Shown here in pieces: positions 17,293 to 18,925 of a stretch of DNA of 18,925 bases. The notes beneath the pieces were generated by a model. The model saw nothing but the letters and a program-made list of their open reading frames with translations, did not search any database and had not been told where the DNA came from. Position numbers and translations under genes: made by a program. This DNA is from Calditrichia bacterium (GTDB taxonomy: Bacteria > Calditrichota > Calditrichia > RBG-13-44-9). Position 1 is the stretch's first letter; the number at the start of each line of letters is the position of its first letter. The stretch lies in assembly GCA_037381445.1 (NCBI GenBank), contig JARRQT010000159.1, positions 1 to 18,925 of the forward strand. The letters run 5' to 3'.

Positions 17293-17794
17293 ATCTCCTT
17301 TACGAGCAAGGCAGCTATAGTGACTATATGAAGCGGAGAAGTAATTTGGGGAAAGTTTTTATGAAACCCGGGTGTTCAGGCCCTCATTTTTGTGAAACTT
17401 CTTGAAGCTTTGCACTCGAGAATTTGCTAACAATTTGTTTTGTTAAATGTTCCTGCTGACAATTTATCTTTGCTGTTTCCAGCCTTTTTATTTTATCTCT
17501 ATTTTTTTCAATTGCCGGAATACGTGTGCCTTTAAAGAATTTTTGCAGCGTCTGCGGCTCACTTCAAAGGATTCCGACCTTCTCTTTCAATATATGAAAA
17601 TTTGTTCTTATTACAAGCGGTTTCGAGTATTATGTTAAATTTTAGTTATTGGCCATCCTATTTGCAATCTTTTGCAACATTTCTCATTTCTCCTTCACCC
17701 TTTCGCCCGACAACGAAATTATTTTGATAGAAAATAATTACTTAACCCCGGGATATTTTTATTATATTTGAGCCGGAATTTTTGTGAGGAGTGG

Positions 17795-18658
17795 ATGTCC
17801 GGAAAGCGAAGTGTTCGTGCCACCAATATTTTTCTTATCTGCCTGCTGTTCGCGGTGCCAAATTTTGCCGGCGCCCGGCAGAACAGCGACACTCAATCGA
17901 CTTCCCAATCCGGGAGTGGACAATCAGTGCTTCTCCAGGATGCCCGGGATTTTGTGAACGCAGGGGTTGGCCTGGTCAAAGCGCCGCTGCAATTTCAGGG
18001 GGAAGAGTGGGTGCGGTTTAACTATATCGTCGGGACCACCGCCCTGCTTTTCCTGCTTGATGGCGTGATAAAAGATTTTGCGCGCGATAATCAAAATGAC
18101 TTAAACGATCACATTTTCGGGATCGACAAATATTATGGCAATAAATATGGGCTGGGAATTTCCGCGGGGCTTTACGGATTCGGATATGCCTTCAAGAATG
18201 AAAAAATCAGGCATATGGGTTTGTATTCAATCGAGGCATTCCTGTATTCGGGCGCCTTCACCAACATACTTAAATTTGCCATCGGGAGGAGAAGGCCATA
18301 CGGCGGGGACGACAATCTGTTTTTCAAGCCGTTCCGCTTCTCCAACATGTATAAATCCCTTCCCAGCGGCCATGCCACGGTCGCTTTCGCCGTTTCCACG
18401 GTGATGGCAAAATCCCTGGACAATATTTTATGGAAGGCAGCGTGGTACGGCGCCGCCGGGCTTACGGGCTGTGCAAGGATTTATCATAATGCCCACTGGA
18501 CCTCGGACGTATTTTTGGGCGCAGCCATCGGCTACGGAATGGCAAGTCTGATCGTCAAAATTCACAAAAATGAGAAAAGTAAGAAAGCCACTTTTTTTAG
18601 TGCCCAAATCCGGCCCTACCTTGGCTTTAATCAGATCGGTGTTCAACTCATTTTATAG
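17795..18658 (+). CDS. PAP2 family phosphatase (lipid phosphate phosphatase-like)
   Basis: C1 KFAIGRRRP, C2 PSGH, C3 ARIYHNAHWTSDV; start placed at ATG 17795 behind GAGGAG; N-terminal signal-like segment. Confidence 0.92.
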   Translation: MSGKRSVRATNIFLICLLFAVPNFAGARQNSDTQSTSQSGSGQSVLLQDARDFVNAGVGLVKAPLQFQGEEWVRFNYIVGTTALLFLLDGVIKDFARDNQNDLNDHIFGIDKYYGNKYGLGISAGLYGFGYAFKNEKIRHMGLYSIEAFLYSGAFTNILKFAIGRRRPYGGDDNLFFKPFRFSNMYKSLPSGHATVAFAVSTVMAKSLDNILWKAAWYGAAGLTGCARIYHNAHWTSDVFLGAAIGYGMASLIVKIHKNEKSKKATFFSAQIRPYLGFNQIGVQLIL

Positions 18659-18897
18659 GAATTTTCTTGCCGGAGATGATACATTCTTCATTTTGCAGAA
18701 AAAGAACTCATATAATTGCCCTGAATTTTTTATATTAGGTTCTATTGCTTCTAGAGAAATTTCCCTCCTGTTGCGCTGCGATTACTGACACTTTGATGTC
18801 GGTGCACAATCCCACGAATTCGAAAAATAAACTTCATAATTCCTTCATATTTAGTTTCTTAATTAATTAGCAAAGAATCAATTAGGAGGATCAAAAT

Positions 18898-18925
18898 ATG
18901 AAAAAATATGCGGCACTACTCATGT
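18898..18925 (+). CDS. Start of a probable secreted protein (MKKYAALLM...), truncated by the window end
   Basis: AGGAGGA RBS, ATG, MKK plus hydrophobic signal-peptide-like start. Confidence 0.7.

Noticed and set aside
17447..17638. 63-aa plus-strand ORF
   Set aside because: No RBS; T-rich compositional ORF in a divergent promoter region
17650..17666. TGGC...TTGCA sigma54-like promoter
   Set aside because: GG-to-GC spacing is 13 rather than the required 12

Overview
Bacterial genomic window of housekeeping and stress genes. A Por/T9SS-A-like C-terminal sorting domain and a DUF5686 protein suggest FCB-group or Calditrichota-like affinity (inference). The minus strand carries an RND efflux operon start (TolC plus an MFP that runs off the left edge and is missing from the ORF track), a secreted alkaline-phosphatase-superfamily enzyme, a hemolysin III/PAQR protein, and a signal-less HtrA with a coupled 35-aa ORF. 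It also carries a MarR / NADP-oxidoreductase / NmrA redox cluster that ends in a decayed aldo-keto reductase remnant. The plus strand carries an M64 peptidase, a DUF5686 outer-membrane protein, a PAP2 phosphatase and the start of another secreted protein. The most unusual part is the cation-antiporter locus (13.4-17.3 kb, minus): several unannotated RBS-bearing small ORFs, a structured and possibly switchable leader RNA, nhaA, and a KefB/C-like CPA2 gene split between its membrane and RCK domains. I saw no rRNA, tRNA, CRISPR array or mobile element.
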